Below are positions 1-10,216 of a stretch of DNA of 61,257 bases, one piece after another (within the stretch, counting starts at the first letter, position 1; each line of letters opens with the position of its first letter). The stretch is taken from sequence record DRR723986_9175; one strand, 5' to 3'. Made by a program: the position numbers and the translations under genes. The notes beneath the pieces were generated by a model. It was not told the origin of the DNA. It was given only the letters and a program-made list of their open reading frames with translations, and ran no database searches.

Positions 1-3
1 GCG

Positions 4-27
4 ACCTCCCCCGCAAGCGGTGGAGGT
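4..27. repeat. GC-rich palindromic REP-like element (ACCTCCCCCGCAAGCGGTGGAGGT); possible terminator for the minus-strand cupin gene
   Basis: Arms 4-13 and 18-27 pair with one mismatch around a CAAG loop. It lies 18 nt past the stop of the 46..1314 gene. A near-identical inverted copy is at 12261-12278. Confidence 0.6.
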
Positions 28-45
28 GACAGAGTCGTTCGCCGA

Positions 46-1314
46 CTAGCCGCGTTTTGCTTTCCAGGCGCCGTTCTTGGGTAGGTTGGAGTGGGTGTTG
101 GGGCCAAAGTAGCGAAGTCCAACGAGTGGCTCGCTGCCGGTGTTCTCGATCTCGACGCCGCGAGTGGCTGCTTCATGCGTGATGAAGACCTCGTCCTCAG
201 TGTTTTCGCCAAAGTTAATCATGGCTGGCGTCTGAAGAGCCAACTTGCCCATCCGCCCCTTGCCTTGAACGGTTATCCAACCACTTGCACCAGGATCCTG
301 AAGCGTGCACTTCACACCTGGATCAATCGTGAATTCCTTGGCACTGAACAGTTGCTCGCCATCGACGGTTCCGTACACAACCCACTTGTCGGTAAATCCA
401 TCGCCGCTGCGGTCGGTGTCGACGATCGGCTCGATGTAGTTGGATTCCATGAAGTGCGTGTCGACGTTCTTGTCCCAATCGAGCTGGCCAATAATGAAGT
501 CAAGGTCTTGATGCTTGTCTTCGGGCATGTCTTTGACAAGCAGCGACCAAGGCACGTAGCGGCCTTCGACGATCGACTGGAACATCCCGAACACATCGCT
601 GCCCCACTGAGGCTCGTAGGTGCATAAGGAGCCTGGTGCGTGGAGAACACCTGGTGGAATCAACCAACCCGTTCCACGCTTGAGCCGATAAGCCTTCGAA
701 AGGTCAAGGATGCCGTTGTCGCCCTTGTTCCAGTTTTCGAGACACCGCTTAAGCTGCGACTTGGTCGTTCCAGGCTCTAGGCCCATGAAGGTGTAGGCAA
801 AATTGTTGTCAACGTTGTTGTACTGGGGCGGGAAGTAGTAACTCTCCGGTTTTCCCTCTTGTCCAACCAGGGCTGCATCTTCGGCCGACTGGTGCATGTG
901 GTGAGGAATCGGGCCCATGTTGTCGAAGAACTTCGAGTAAACGGGCCACTTTCCGTACTTGCTAAAAATCGACTCGCCGACGATACGATTCCCCGCTTCG
1001 CTAACCGCATCTTTGAGCAGGAACTTTTTGCCTTCGTGCAAGCACATCGAAAGGCCTTCATGCCACACACGGCCCTCGTTTGCGGCTTCGGTCGTTGAGC
1101 CGAACCAGCGTTCGTCGATGCCACCACGGTCAGCACCGAAGGCGTATAGGTCGGTGGGGTTCAGTTTGATCCGACGGCCGGGATGCAAAAAACTTCGTGG
1201 TACCCAAGTCGGCGTCAGCCGCAGCAGCCCTTCGCCAGCATCCAGTGCGGAGTCGAGAATACTGGAAACAGAGTCGCCTTTTAGGAGTCCATCGTCGAGT
1301 TTTGCAGAGGTCAT
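46..1314 (-). CDS. Cupin-superfamily protein, type I phosphomannose-isomerase-like (putative sugar/sugar-phosphate isomerase)
   Basis: Motifs PIPHHMHQ, GKPESYYF and IPPGVLHAPG resemble the QxH / KPE / HA metal-binding motifs of type I PMI. ATG at 1314 is preferred over TTG at 1326. Confidence 0.65.
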   Translation of the reverse strand: MTSAKLDDGLLKGDSVSSILDSALDAGEGLLRLTPTWVPRSFLHPGRRIKLNPTDLYAFGADRGGIDERWFGSTTEAANEGRVWHEGLSMCLHEGKKFLLKDAVSEAGNRIVGESIFSKYGKWPVYSKFFDNMGPIPHHMHQSAEDAALVGQEGKPESYYFPPQYNNVDNNFAYTFMGLEPGTTKSQLKRCLENWNKGDNGILDLSKAYRLKRGTGWLIPPGVLHAPGSLCTYEPQWGSDVFGMFQSIVEGRYVPWSLLVKDMPEDKHQDLDFIIGQLDWDKNVDTHFMESNYIEPIVDTDRSGDGFTDKWVVYGTVDGEQLFSAKEFTIDPGVKCTLQDPGASGWITVQGKGRMGKLALQTPAMINFGENTEDEVFITHEAATRGVEIENTGSEPLVGLRYFGPNTHSNLPKNGAWKAKRG

Positions 1315-1431
1315 TTCTTGCACCAAATGAGCTGTTAGGGGCCGATTTTCACAAGCTGCCTGTTTTATTCCGTTGCGTGGCGGGTTACAAGTAAGGCGCG
1401 TCTATTTCACACTCCTTAGCGAACAATAGCC

Positions 1432-2586
1432 ATGCGAATTCCTGTACCACAAACGCTCCACGTTCCCTCGGCACCTGACTTGAGCCAATTTGAACCAGCG
1501 GCTGAAGTCGTATCTTGCGGAAACGGCAGCTTTCGAATCGCAAGTTACGAACTGGACGACGGCCTCAGCAAGGGAGTCCGCTTGTTGGTTATCGATAGCG
1601 GACGAGTCCGAGCAGCCATCTGCCCGAGTCGTGGTATGGGGCTGTGGAAAGCTGTTATTGACGACCGCTTCTATGGTTGGAGTTCGCCTGTGCCTGGGCC
1701 AGTTCATCCAAGCCATGTTTCTATGAGCGACCCGATTGGATGGCTCGATGGCTTTGACGAGTTACTGGTGCGATGCGGCATGCGAAGTTTTGGTGCACCG
1801 GACTTTTCTGAAAATGGCCAGTTGCTTTATCCGCTGCACGGTGCAGTGGCGAACCTGCCCGCACGCGAAGTATCAATTGAACTGGACAGCGAACACTCAC
1901 TGATGAAAGTCAGCGGGATCGTATCCGAGACACGGTTCCTGCAGTTTAGCCTCGAGCTACGAGCAACTTACATCTTCCATTTGAACCAGCCTACGATTGA
2001 AGTTGTGGATGAAGTAACGAACAGGAGCACGCAACCGGCTGGCGTCCAGATGCTCTACCACGTCAATGTTGGCACACCAATCCTCTCTGCCGACGCAAAA
2101 CTTCACGTCGCAGCCGAGCGAGTCGTCGCAAGGGACGAGCGTGCTGCGGAAGACATCGATACGTGGGCAACCTACCTCGGTCCAACCGCCGGATATGGAG
2201 AACAGGTTTACTTCTCGGCGAGCAAGGCGGACGAACGTGGCTGGGCGCACGCGATGCTGGCCGACGCAGGCGCTGAAAGCGGTTTCGCAGTTCACTACGA
2301 CACTTCGACGCTTCCATTTTTCACGCAGTGGAAGAACACAGTCGCTGCCGAAGATGGCTATGTAACCGGTCTGGAGCCTGGAACCGGTTTTCCGAACCCA
2401 CGATCCTTCGAGGAGGAAAACGGGCGCGTCGTTCAACTTCCCGGCGGAGAATCCCTAACTTTCCAGCTCCAACTGGAGGGCGTCAACGAGCCAAACCGCC
2501 TGAACGCACTTGCCAACCAAATCAATTCCCAAGGCGCACCGCAGCGACTGGAAGAATTCGATGCATCCTGGTGCGTTCCGCGTTAA
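1432..2586 (+). CDS. Aldose 1-epimerase-family protein (DUF4432 / DeoM-like mutarotase)
   Basis: Motifs RGMGLW, GWLDGFDELLVRCG, PLHG, MLYHVNVG, QWKN and GYVTGLEPGT, typical of DUF4432 mutarotase-fold proteins. Confidence 0.8.
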   Translation: MRIPVPQTLHVPSAPDLSQFEPAAEVVSCGNGSFRIASYELDDGLSKGVRLLVIDSGRVRAAICPSRGMGLWKAVIDDRFYGWSSPVPGPVHPSHVSMSDPIGWLDGFDELLVRCGMRSFGAPDFSENGQLLYPLHGAVANLPAREVSIELDSEHSLMKVSGIVSETRFLQFSLELRATYIFHLNQPTIEVVDEVTNRSTQPAGVQMLYHVNVGTPILSADAKLHVAAERVVARDERAAEDIDTWATYLGPTAGYGEQVYFSASKADERGWAHAMLADAGAESGFAVHYDTSTLPFFTQWKNTVAAEDGYVTGLEPGTGFPNPRSFEEENGRVVQLPGGESLTFQLQLEGVNEPNRLNALANQINSQGAPQRLEEFDASWCVPR

Positions 2587-2678
2587 GATCGTCATGGCAC
2601 CAATTACATCAATAAAGGCAGGGCTCTAACGCCCCTCAAATTACAGTTTCAAGCCCACACTTTACGCTCACCGAACCC

Positions 2679-3677
2679 ATGAACACTCCCTTACGCCAAA
2701 CACTGCAATACCCACTATTGATTCTGGCTTCTACGCTACTGGGCTGCGGGGCCGGCAATAACTCAAGCTCCTCGGGCGATTCGGGCAAACTCCGCATCGC
2801 CGTGATTCCGAAGGGCACCAGCCACGAATTCTGGAAGTCGGTGCACGCAGGCGCCCAAGATGCAGCCGATGAACTCGGCAACGTTGAAGTGATCTGGAAA
2901 GGACCACAAACCGAGAACGACACGCTTGGACAGATTCTTGTCGTCAAGAATTTCATTACCAGCCGAGTCGACGGCATCTGCCTTGCCCCCAACCACTCAG
3001 AATCGCTCGTCGATGCTGTCGAGGAAGCCAATGCCGAAGGAATTCCTGTTGTCGTCTTTGACAGCGGACTTGGCGAGGGAGCAGAAACAGTCAGTTACAT
3101 CGCAACTGACAACTACAAAGGGGGCGTGCTTGCCGGTGAAACGCTCATCGAGGCCATTGGCGGAGCCGGCAAAGTGATCTTGCTACGGTACAAAGAGGGA
3201 AGCGAAAGCACCGAACAGCGCGAACAAGGTTTCTTGGATGCAATGGCCACTGCTGCTGACGTGGAAGTTTTGTCGTCGAACCAATACGCAGGGACGACAA
3301 CCCAGGAAGCCATGACGATGGCAACCAATCTGCTGAACAAGTACCGTGATGAAGTGGATGGAATTTTCGCTGTTTGCGAACCCAATTGCAATGGAACACT
3401 TGAGGCGCTTGAGCAAACGGGGCTCGCAGGAAAAGTTAAGTTCGTCGCATTTGACCCCAGCGAGCGGCTCATCAACGGACTCGACGAAGGCACCGTGTCT
3501 GGCATTGTGCTTCAAGATCCGTACGAGATGGGGCGAAGGAGTGTTCTCGCACTTGCATCCAAGCTGGCCGGCGAAGACGTTGATGAACTGATCTCCACTG
3601 GCGAACACCTGGCTACCCCCGACAACAAGGACACCGATAAGTTCAAACGTCTGCTCTCTCCGAAAATCGTAGATTGA
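2679..3677 (+). CDS. Monosaccharide ABC transporter substrate-binding lipoprotein (RbsB/AlsB family)
   Basis: Lipobox LLGC; motifs IAVIPKGTSHEFW, GIPVVVFDS, ATDNYKGG, ST..RE.GF and VLQDPYEMG. Confidence 0.9.
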   Translation: MNTPLRQTLQYPLLILASTLLGCGAGNNSSSSGDSGKLRIAVIPKGTSHEFWKSVHAGAQDAADELGNVEVIWKGPQTENDTLGQILVVKNFITSRVDGICLAPNHSESLVDAVEEANAEGIPVVVFDSGLGEGAETVSYIATDNYKGGVLAGETLIEAIGGAGKVILLRYKEGSESTEQREQGFLDAMATAADVEVLSSNQYAGTTTQEAMTMATNLLNKYRDEVDGIFAVCEPNCNGTLEALEQTGLAGKVKFVAFDPSERLINGLDEGTVSGIVLQDPYEMGRRSVLALASKLAGEDVDELISTGEHLATPDNKDTDKFKRLLSPKIVD

Positions 3678-3753
3678 TCGCAATTGATACCGGTGATCTG
3701 CCTGCAGCACTGCGAAAGAACGCAGCCTTGGATATGACGCGACGGGGAACCTA

Positions 3754-5256
3754 GTGACCAAGACAACTGTGGACGCACCACTTCTTTCGATGCGGAACAT
3801 CTCCAAACGCTTCGGGGCGACGCAGGCCCTCGATGATGTATCGATAGAAGCGAGGGCCGGGGAAGTCCTGGCTCTAATCGGTGAAAACGGTGCTGGAAAG
3901 AGCACCCTAATGAAAGTTCTCGGCGGAGCGGACTACCCTGACTCGGGACACATCGAGCTCGATGGAAAACGCCTCACTTCGATCGACCCACAGAGCGCGA
4001 GAGAAGCTGGTGTTGCGGTCGTCTACCAAGAACTTAACCTTGCACCTGACATGTCGATTGAAGACAATATCATGCTGGGCATGGAGTCTTCCATAGGAGG
4101 CTGGCTGAACCGCAGGAAGCAACGAGAATTGATTAGCGAGGCCCTCGAACTGCTCGGGCACTCGAATTTGAATACAAAGCAAATCGTTGGAACCCTCTCA
4201 ATGGGGCTTCAACAATTGGTTGAGATCGCGCGGGCCCTTGTCTCCAACGCGCGAGTCATCGTCTTCGACGAACCAACTAGTTCACTGGAGCGATCGGACG
4301 TACGGCGGCTTTTTAACGCCATCAAACGACTCCAAGACCGTGGCATCGCGATCGTCTACATAAGCCACTTCCTGGAAGAGATTCGCGAAATTGCCACGCG
4401 TTACTGCGTCCTCCGGGATGGAAAATTAGCGGGGACGGGCGAACTGACCGATGCAACGAACCAAGACATCGTCTCATTGATGGTTGGCCGTGACGTCGAA
4501 ACACTCTTCCCAAAAGTTGAACACGAGATCGGCGACGTTGTTTTCACATGCGAAAACCTCACTGGCTTCACAGCGCCCAAGAATGTGTCCCTGAACGTTC
4601 GCCGGGGTGAGATACTGGGGCTGTTTGGAATGATTGGAGCAGGTCGGACCGAAACGATTCGGCATCTGTTTGGACTCGACCGGGAGACATCCGGCACGGT
4701 CAAACTAAAGGGCAACAGGCTCACCGGCAGCCCGCATCGACGCATCAAGGCAGGTCTTGGATTCGTTTCTGAGGATCGAAAAGGGGAAGGCTTGGCTCAG
4801 GAGATGTCCATTGAAGACAACCTGACGCTTAGCGACCTATCGCCCTATGCAACAGGCGGAGTTCTCAACTTGGACAGCAGGCGTTCAGCGGCGACGGATT
4901 GGATGCAACGACTAGAAGTCAAAGCCCGCGCGCCTTCGCAACCCATCTCTGCACTCTCCGGGGGCAATCAGCAAAAGGTTGCGATCGCACGTGTGATGCA
5001 CCAAGGTGCAGAGGTCTTGCTACTGGACGAACCAACTCGCGGAATTGACGTCGCCACCAAAGCGGCCATCTACCGACTCATTGGTGAACTGGCTGCGGAA
5101 GGCAAATCAATCGTTTTCGTAAGTTCATACCTACCTGAACTGATGGCGATTTGTGACACCATAGGCGTCATGGCTGGCGGAAAGTTAATCGCCGTCGATG
5201 CTCGAGAAAACTGGACCGAAACTGAGATTCTCAAGCACGCCATCGGCAGTTCATAA
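3754..5256 (+). CDS. Monosaccharide ABC transporter ATP-binding protein (RbsA/MglA type, two ABC domains)
   Basis: Walker A GENGAGKSTL, DEPTSSL, YISH, SEDRKGEGL, LSGGNQQKV and LLDEPTRGIDV. Confidence 0.95.
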   Translation: MTKTTVDAPLLSMRNISKRFGATQALDDVSIEARAGEVLALIGENGAGKSTLMKVLGGADYPDSGHIELDGKRLTSIDPQSAREAGVAVVYQELNLAPDMSIEDNIMLGMESSIGGWLNRRKQRELISEALELLGHSNLNTKQIVGTLSMGLQQLVEIARALVSNARVIVFDEPTSSLERSDVRRLFNAIKRLQDRGIAIVYISHFLEEIREIATRYCVLRDGKLAGTGELTDATNQDIVSLMVGRDVETLFPKVEHEIGDVVFTCENLTGFTAPKNVSLNVRRGEILGLFGMIGAGRTETIRHLFGLDRETSGTVKLKGNRLTGSPHRRIKAGLGFVSEDRKGEGLAQEMSIEDNLTLSDLSPYATGGVLNLDSRRSAATDWMQRLEVKARAPSQPISALSGGNQQKVAIARVMHQGAEVLLLDEPTRGIDVATKAAIYRLIGELAAEGKSIVFVSSYLPELMAICDTIGVMAGGKLIAVDARENWTETEILKHAIGSS

Positions 5257-5318
5257 CTTTTCCTGGACGCACACTGAGCCCCTGAAGATCAGGCCAAACA
5301 GAGAGAACGGAACACGTA

Positions 5319-6332
5319 ATGTCGGAAGATTCGCAATCGAATCACTTTTTGCGATTTATACAGCTCGTCGCACCGCTACTCGCATTAATTGTTGTCACAG
5401 TCGGTTTTGCCATTGCCGATCAGATCTGGGGAAGCGGAACTTTTAGCGAAGATCGGAACCTCCGCGTCATTCTGGTCACTGCAGCTCCGGTCGCTGTCGC
5501 GGCACTCGGCATGACGCTCATCATCATCGCCGGAGGAATCGACCTTTCCGCTGGCACCGCTTCAGTTCTGTGTGCAACAGTGCTCGCCGTAGCGCTCAAG
5601 GCAGAGTACTCAATCACGATCGCTCTCATCCTTGCGTTTACTGCCGCTTCCGCGTGTGGGTTGGTGAACGGGCTGTTGATTGGCCTACTGCGGATCCCTC
5701 CCTTCATTGTCACCCTCGGGACGATGACCATTTTTCTGGGAATCGCAAAGCAACTTGCGGGCAATTCAACGGTCTTCGTCAACCGTGAACTCATTCCAGA
5801 CTGGCTGTACAACTTAACGAGCACGAAACCGCCTCATATGCTGATGTCGTACGTCCCAAGGCTAACGACCGGAATCGTTGGTGCATTGGTCATCGCCGTT
5901 GCTGTCGCCCTGCTCCTGAGGTACAGCGTTTTCGGTCGTCATCTTTTTGCATTGGGATCCAACGAGTCAACGGCTCGTCTTTGTGGCGTGAACATCCTGC
6001 GCACGAAACTCTTTGTTTACGTCCTGGGAAGCTTGCTAATTGGAGTCGCAGGAATCTACTCATTCTCGCTGGTCAAAATGGCCAACCCAACCGAAGGCAT
6101 CGGTCAGGAACTCAAGTTTATCGCTGCGGTAGTCATCGGTGGCGGGAGCCTGAGCGGCGGGCGTGGAAGCGTTCTTGGCACGCTCGCTGGGGCGTTGATC
6201 ATGGCGGTTATCGCCAGCGGTTGCGCACAACTGGAAATCTCCAACTCCACGCAAGATATCATGATTGGTTGCATCATCATCGCCGCTGTTACGCTGGACC
6301 AATTCCGCGTGCGAAAGCAGCAGCGTTCCTAG
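5319..6332 (+). CDS. Monosaccharide ABC transporter permease (RbsC family)
   Basis: Multiple TM helices; motifs GGIDLS, IPPFIVTLG, GSNESTARLCG and IAAVVIGGGSLSGGRGS. Confidence 0.93.
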   Translation: MSEDSQSNHFLRFIQLVAPLLALIVVTVGFAIADQIWGSGTFSEDRNLRVILVTAAPVAVAALGMTLIIIAGGIDLSAGTASVLCATVLAVALKAEYSITIALILAFTAASACGLVNGLLIGLLRIPPFIVTLGTMTIFLGIAKQLAGNSTVFVNRELIPDWLYNLTSTKPPHMLMSYVPRLTTGIVGALVIAVAVALLLRYSVFGRHLFALGSNESTARLCGVNILRTKLFVYVLGSLLIGVAGIYSFSLVKMANPTEGIGQELKFIAAVVIGGGSLSGGRGSVLGTLAGALIMAVIASGCAQLEISNSTQDIMIGCIIIAAVTLDQFRVRKQQRS

Positions 6333-6359
6333 AGTGCTCACTCACTTCGACATAAGACT

Positions 6360-8543
6360 ATGCAAACCTTCCGGCAATCGCTGCGATACCGACCGGCCCC
6401 CCTGCTCGCTTTCTTGGCAGCAACGATTGTGCTCACCACAGTTGTTCAGTCGCATGAGCCCACTCAGCGCGATCGAAGTTTCGACTTCGAATCGCTTAGC
6501 CCTGGAAAATTCACCACACTCACAAGCGGCAGCACAACGCTCCGATGCACCAACGGCGTAGCCGAGATCGACGACAAGCATGCGGCTCGTGGAAAGCAGT
6601 GCCTGCGGTTGCACGGCGCGGTAGCGAAAGTTGCGACGGAAGACGCACCTGACGGTGCCTCGAAAACTGTCGTCGTGGTCGAGTCGCAGACGGCGATCGA
6701 AGAGGGCTGCCTACTCACCTTTCGGGCCGAACGATGGACGAAGCGGCCCAAGTTCGTTTTTCGAATCGAACAGCTTGTAACCTCAGCGGAGACCAATGCT
6801 CAAACGTCACAGAAGTCGTACGGCCACTCGAAAGAGAGTTGGACAGAGATTTACAACGGCGATCGCGAGATCCGCGTTGGCCGCGGTTTTCTTTCCGAGG
6901 TGTCTGTTGCCCTGCTCGAATCCAAGAGCACTAAACTGCGTCTGACTTGCGAAAGCCCACCCGCGACTGGCATCCTCATCGACGACGTGAAGATCGCGTC
7001 CCCGAAGCAGCAAACTGTGCTATCGGCAACCTGCAAGCCGCTAATGCTCCCACTAGTTCGAGGTCGGGCAACTCCCTTCTGCGAGGTGCGAATTGAGACT
7101 GATGGTAGCCTCTCTCCCATGCATGTCCATTCGCTGACCGTTGCATCAAGTATTCGTCGCCCCGGTGCCGGCCAAGTTGATCTACGTCAGATCGAGTATT
7201 CGGTTCGCCAAGCTAACTCCGACGCGACCGGCGGCGAGACGCAACTGACACCGAACACAACCTCAAGCTCTGCAGGCCAACAAGTGCAGTCCTTCCGTGT
7301 CTCGCCGCAGTCACTGCGCGATGGAGAGAATTCCACTGACGTTGAGTGCCGACTGCCCAGGGAATGGTCACTGGATCAAACCATCGCGTTGCGAGTGAAA
7401 TCGTTAACGCTTTCCAACGGGCGTAAGTTTGAATTTGAAGCCCCATCGCCACGAACGAGTCGCCCAGCGGTTGCACTGCGTGACGGTGGCGACGACGGAG
7501 TCCATACGTTTCGAATCCCCGGATTGGTAACAACGAATCAAGGAACACTGCTGGCTGTCTATGACATTCGGCACGATAGCGGCCGCGACCTGCCCGGTAA
7601 CATCGATGTTGGATTGTCGCGGTCACTAGACGGCGGTGAAAGCTGGGAAAAAATGCAAGTCATCATGGATATGGGGGATGATTCGAAATGGCGCTATGAC
7701 GGGATTGGTGACCCGTCCATCCTTGTTGACCAAACCACGGGCACGATCTGGGTGGCGGCGACGTGGAGCCATGGCAATCGCTCTTGGCACGGCTCTGGTC
7801 CAGGTCTGAGCCCAGAGGAAACCGGGCAGTTGATGCTTGTCCGGAGCGATGACGACGGTCGAACTTGGTCTGAGCCAATCAACATTACCGGTCAAGTCAA
7901 AGCACCTGAGTGGTCGTTTCTTCTGCAAGGCCCTGGTCGCGGAATCACGATGCAAGACGGCACGCTCGTCTTTCCGGCGCAATATCAAGATCCACCGAGC
8001 TCCGACAACAAGACTTCGCGCTTACCTCATTCGACGATCATTTACTCCCGAGATCACGGCTCAACCTGGCACATCGGAACCGGTGCATTCGATGACACGA
8101 CCGAATCACAAGTTGCAGAGATCGAGCCTGGACTGTTGATGCTCAACTGCCGTTACAACCGAGCGTCCCATCGCGTCGTCATGACCTCACGCGACATGGG
8201 ATACTCTTGGCAAGAACACAGCACTTCGCGTTCGGCGCTCATCGAGCCACGCGCCTGCATGGCGAGCTTGCTGCAAGTCCGTCGCGCTGCAAACCGTAAG
8301 CAGTGCCTGCTGTTCTCAAACCCGCTGGACGAAAACGCGCGACAACGAATCACCATCCAGGCTTCGCTCGACGGGGGTATGACTTGGCCCGTAGAAAACC
8401 GTGTTCTTCTGGATGAACGGCGCGGCGCAGGCTACTCTTGCATGACAATGATCGACGACGACACGGTCGGAATTCTCTACGAAGGCAGTCAAGCACAACT
8501 CACTTTCCAGCGAGTCGCGATCTCCGAACTGATCGATCCGTGA
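6360..8543 (+). CDS. Secreted exo-alpha-sialidase (GH33) with N-terminal accessory beta-domains
   Basis: Signal peptide, FRIP motif and five Asp-boxes (SLDGGESW, SDDDGRTW, SRDHGSTW, SRDMGYSW, SLDGGMTW). Catalytic-type segments TTESQV, NCR, AGYS and LYE are present. Confidence 0.92.
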   Translation: MQTFRQSLRYRPAPLLAFLAATIVLTTVVQSHEPTQRDRSFDFESLSPGKFTTLTSGSTTLRCTNGVAEIDDKHAARGKQCLRLHGAVAKVATEDAPDGASKTVVVVESQTAIEEGCLLTFRAERWTKRPKFVFRIEQLVTSAETNAQTSQKSYGHSKESWTEIYNGDREIRVGRGFLSEVSVALLESKSTKLRLTCESPPATGILIDDVKIASPKQQTVLSATCKPLMLPLVRGRATPFCEVRIETDGSLSPMHVHSLTVASSIRRPGAGQVDLRQIEYSVRQANSDATGGETQLTPNTTSSSAGQQVQSFRVSPQSLRDGENSTDVECRLPREWSLDQTIALRVKSLTLSNGRKFEFEAPSPRTSRPAVALRDGGDDGVHTFRIPGLVTTNQGTLLAVYDIRHDSGRDLPGNIDVGLSRSLDGGESWEKMQVIMDMGDDSKWRYDGIGDPSILVDQTTGTIWVAATWSHGNRSWHGSGPGLSPEETGQLMLVRSDDDGRTWSEPINITGQVKAPEWSFLLQGPGRGITMQDGTLVFPAQYQDPPSSDNKTSRLPHSTIIYSRDHGSTWHIGTGAFDDTTESQVAEIEPGLLMLNCRYNRASHRVVMTSRDMGYSWQEHSTSRSALIEPRACMASLLQVRRAANRKQCLLFSNPLDENARQRITIQASLDGGMTWPVENRVLLDERRGAGYSCMTMIDDDTVGILYEGSQAQLTFQRVAISELIDP

Positions 8544-8591
8544 CGCATCCGTTCAGCAGCCCACTTGCCGCCTCAGGAATCTAGCTACGCA

Positions 8592-9824
8592 ATGCCATAT
8601 CTGCATGACGAGAGGCTTTTGAGCCTGCGCCAAACCTATCGCAATGGCCTGCTGGAAGATACGCTGCCGTTTTGGATCAAACACGCGGTTGATTCTGAGC
8701 AAGGCGGCTTTTTTACTGGCCTGGACCAAGATGGTTCGGTCATCGACACGGACAAAGCCGTTTGGCCACAGGGACGATTCACTTGGTTGCTAGGTGAGCT
8801 GTACAACACCACTGAAAACCGGAGCGAATGGCTACGTCTTGCGAGACATGGTGCAGACTTCATCGAGCGGTATTGCTTCGACAACAGCAAAGACCACGGT
8901 GATAGCGACGGCAGAATGTGGTTTCACTTGACCCGTGATGGCAGGCCCATTCGCAAGCGAAGATACGCTTTCTCAGAGAGCTTCGCTGCTATCGCATTTG
9001 GTGAACTCTACGTGGCAACTGGCGAGGAGAAATTTCGGCGACTGGCCACCAAGTGCTTTGAAGCATTTACGAATCACGATCCATCCACCACGTCGTTTGG
9101 TCCAAAATTTACCGACGTTCGACGAACCCGCGGACTAGCCGTTCCGATGATCCGCATCGTTACAGCACAGGAACTTCGGCAATCGATCGAGCTGCCCGAT
9201 GCGGACAGTGTCATCGATGAAGCCATTGCAGAAATCGAGAGATATCACCTTCACGACGATCTCGAGTGTGTAGTAGAAACGGTTGGTCAAGACGGAGCGA
9301 TCTTGGATCACTTCGACGGCAGGACGCTGAACCCTGGACATGCAATCGAAGGCGCGTGGTTCATCCTTCGCGAAGGAAAACACCGGCAGAGCGCCGAGCT
9401 CATCGCCCTTGGGTGCCGCATGCTAGATCTGATGTGGAGTCGTGGCTGGGACGAGGAGCATGGCGGCATGCTGTATTTTGTCGACCTGCACGGACTACCG
9501 GTCCAAGAGTACTGGCACGACATGAAATTCTGGTGGCCGCAGTGCGAGACGATCATCGCAACACTGCTGGCATATCAGCTAACCAACGATGAAAAGTATG
9601 CACATTGGCATACGCTCATCCACGATTGGACTCACAACCACTTCCCCGATCCAGATCATGGAGAGTGGTTCGGGTATCTGCATCGTGACGCATCGATCAG
9701 TTCACGTGCGAAGGGAAACCTGTGGAAAGGCCCATTCCACATCCCGCGAATGCAGTTGATATGCTGGCAGATCTGCGAGGAGCTATGCCACGCTCGGGAC
9801 GTCGCAATCCCAGAATCAGAATGA
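8592..9824 (+). CDS. N-acylglucosamine 2-epimerase (AGE / renin-binding family)
   Basis: Motifs LPFW, DKAVWPQGR, FSESFAA, NPGHAIEGAWF, KFWWPQCE, GEWFGYL and KGPFHIPR; lies directly after the sialidase. Confidence 0.92.
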   Translation: MPYLHDERLLSLRQTYRNGLLEDTLPFWIKHAVDSEQGGFFTGLDQDGSVIDTDKAVWPQGRFTWLLGELYNTTENRSEWLRLARHGADFIERYCFDNSKDHGDSDGRMWFHLTRDGRPIRKRRYAFSESFAAIAFGELYVATGEEKFRRLATKCFEAFTNHDPSTTSFGPKFTDVRRTRGLAVPMIRIVTAQELRQSIELPDADSVIDEAIAEIERYHLHDDLECVVETVGQDGAILDHFDGRTLNPGHAIEGAWFILREGKHRQSAELIALGCRMLDLMWSRGWDEEHGGMLYFVDLHGLPVQEYWHDMKFWWPQCETIIATLLAYQLTNDEKYAHWHTLIHDWTHNHFPDPDHGEWFGYLHRDASISSRAKGNLWKGPFHIPRMQLICWQICEELCHARDVAIPESE

Positions 9825-9868
9825 GCCGCGGCAAATACGCGGTTCCTACGATAATGATCGCCCTTGCG

Positions 9869-10216
9869 CTACGGTTTTTCTTTCATCGGGCAGTTGCAGA
9901 CCAACCTATCGCAGCCTGGGCAACCGGTCCCGTACTTGTCCTGGATCGCCTTTCCAAGATCTACACCAGCGACATTCGCAATCGTCGCCAGCCAGGCAAT
10001 GACGTCGGCAAACTCTTCTTCTTTGTCCTTTTGCGTCCCTTGGCGTAGTGCGCCGGCAAGTTCGCCGACCTCTTCCATCAACCACATGAATGTTCCGTCA
10101 ATCCCCCGTTGCACATCCTTGTCATAATACATTTCCTTAATGACAGCCTGGAAATCTGTCAGCGAGACGTCGGGATTGGATTCAGATTCACTGGGCGTGG
10201 ACGGACTCGTGGACAT
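9869..10216 (-). CDS. MazG-like nucleotide pyrophosphohydrolase with C-terminal Cys cluster
   Basis: WLMEEVGEL...EEEFADVIAWL (EExxE...ExxD) motif; tail CPGC..VCNC. Confidence 0.85.
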   Translation of the reverse strand: MSTSPSTPSESESNPDVSLTDFQAVIKEMYYDKDVQRGIDGTFMWLMEEVGELAGALRQGTQKDKEEEFADVIAWLATIANVAGVDLGKAIQDKYGTGCPGCDRLVCNCPMKEKP

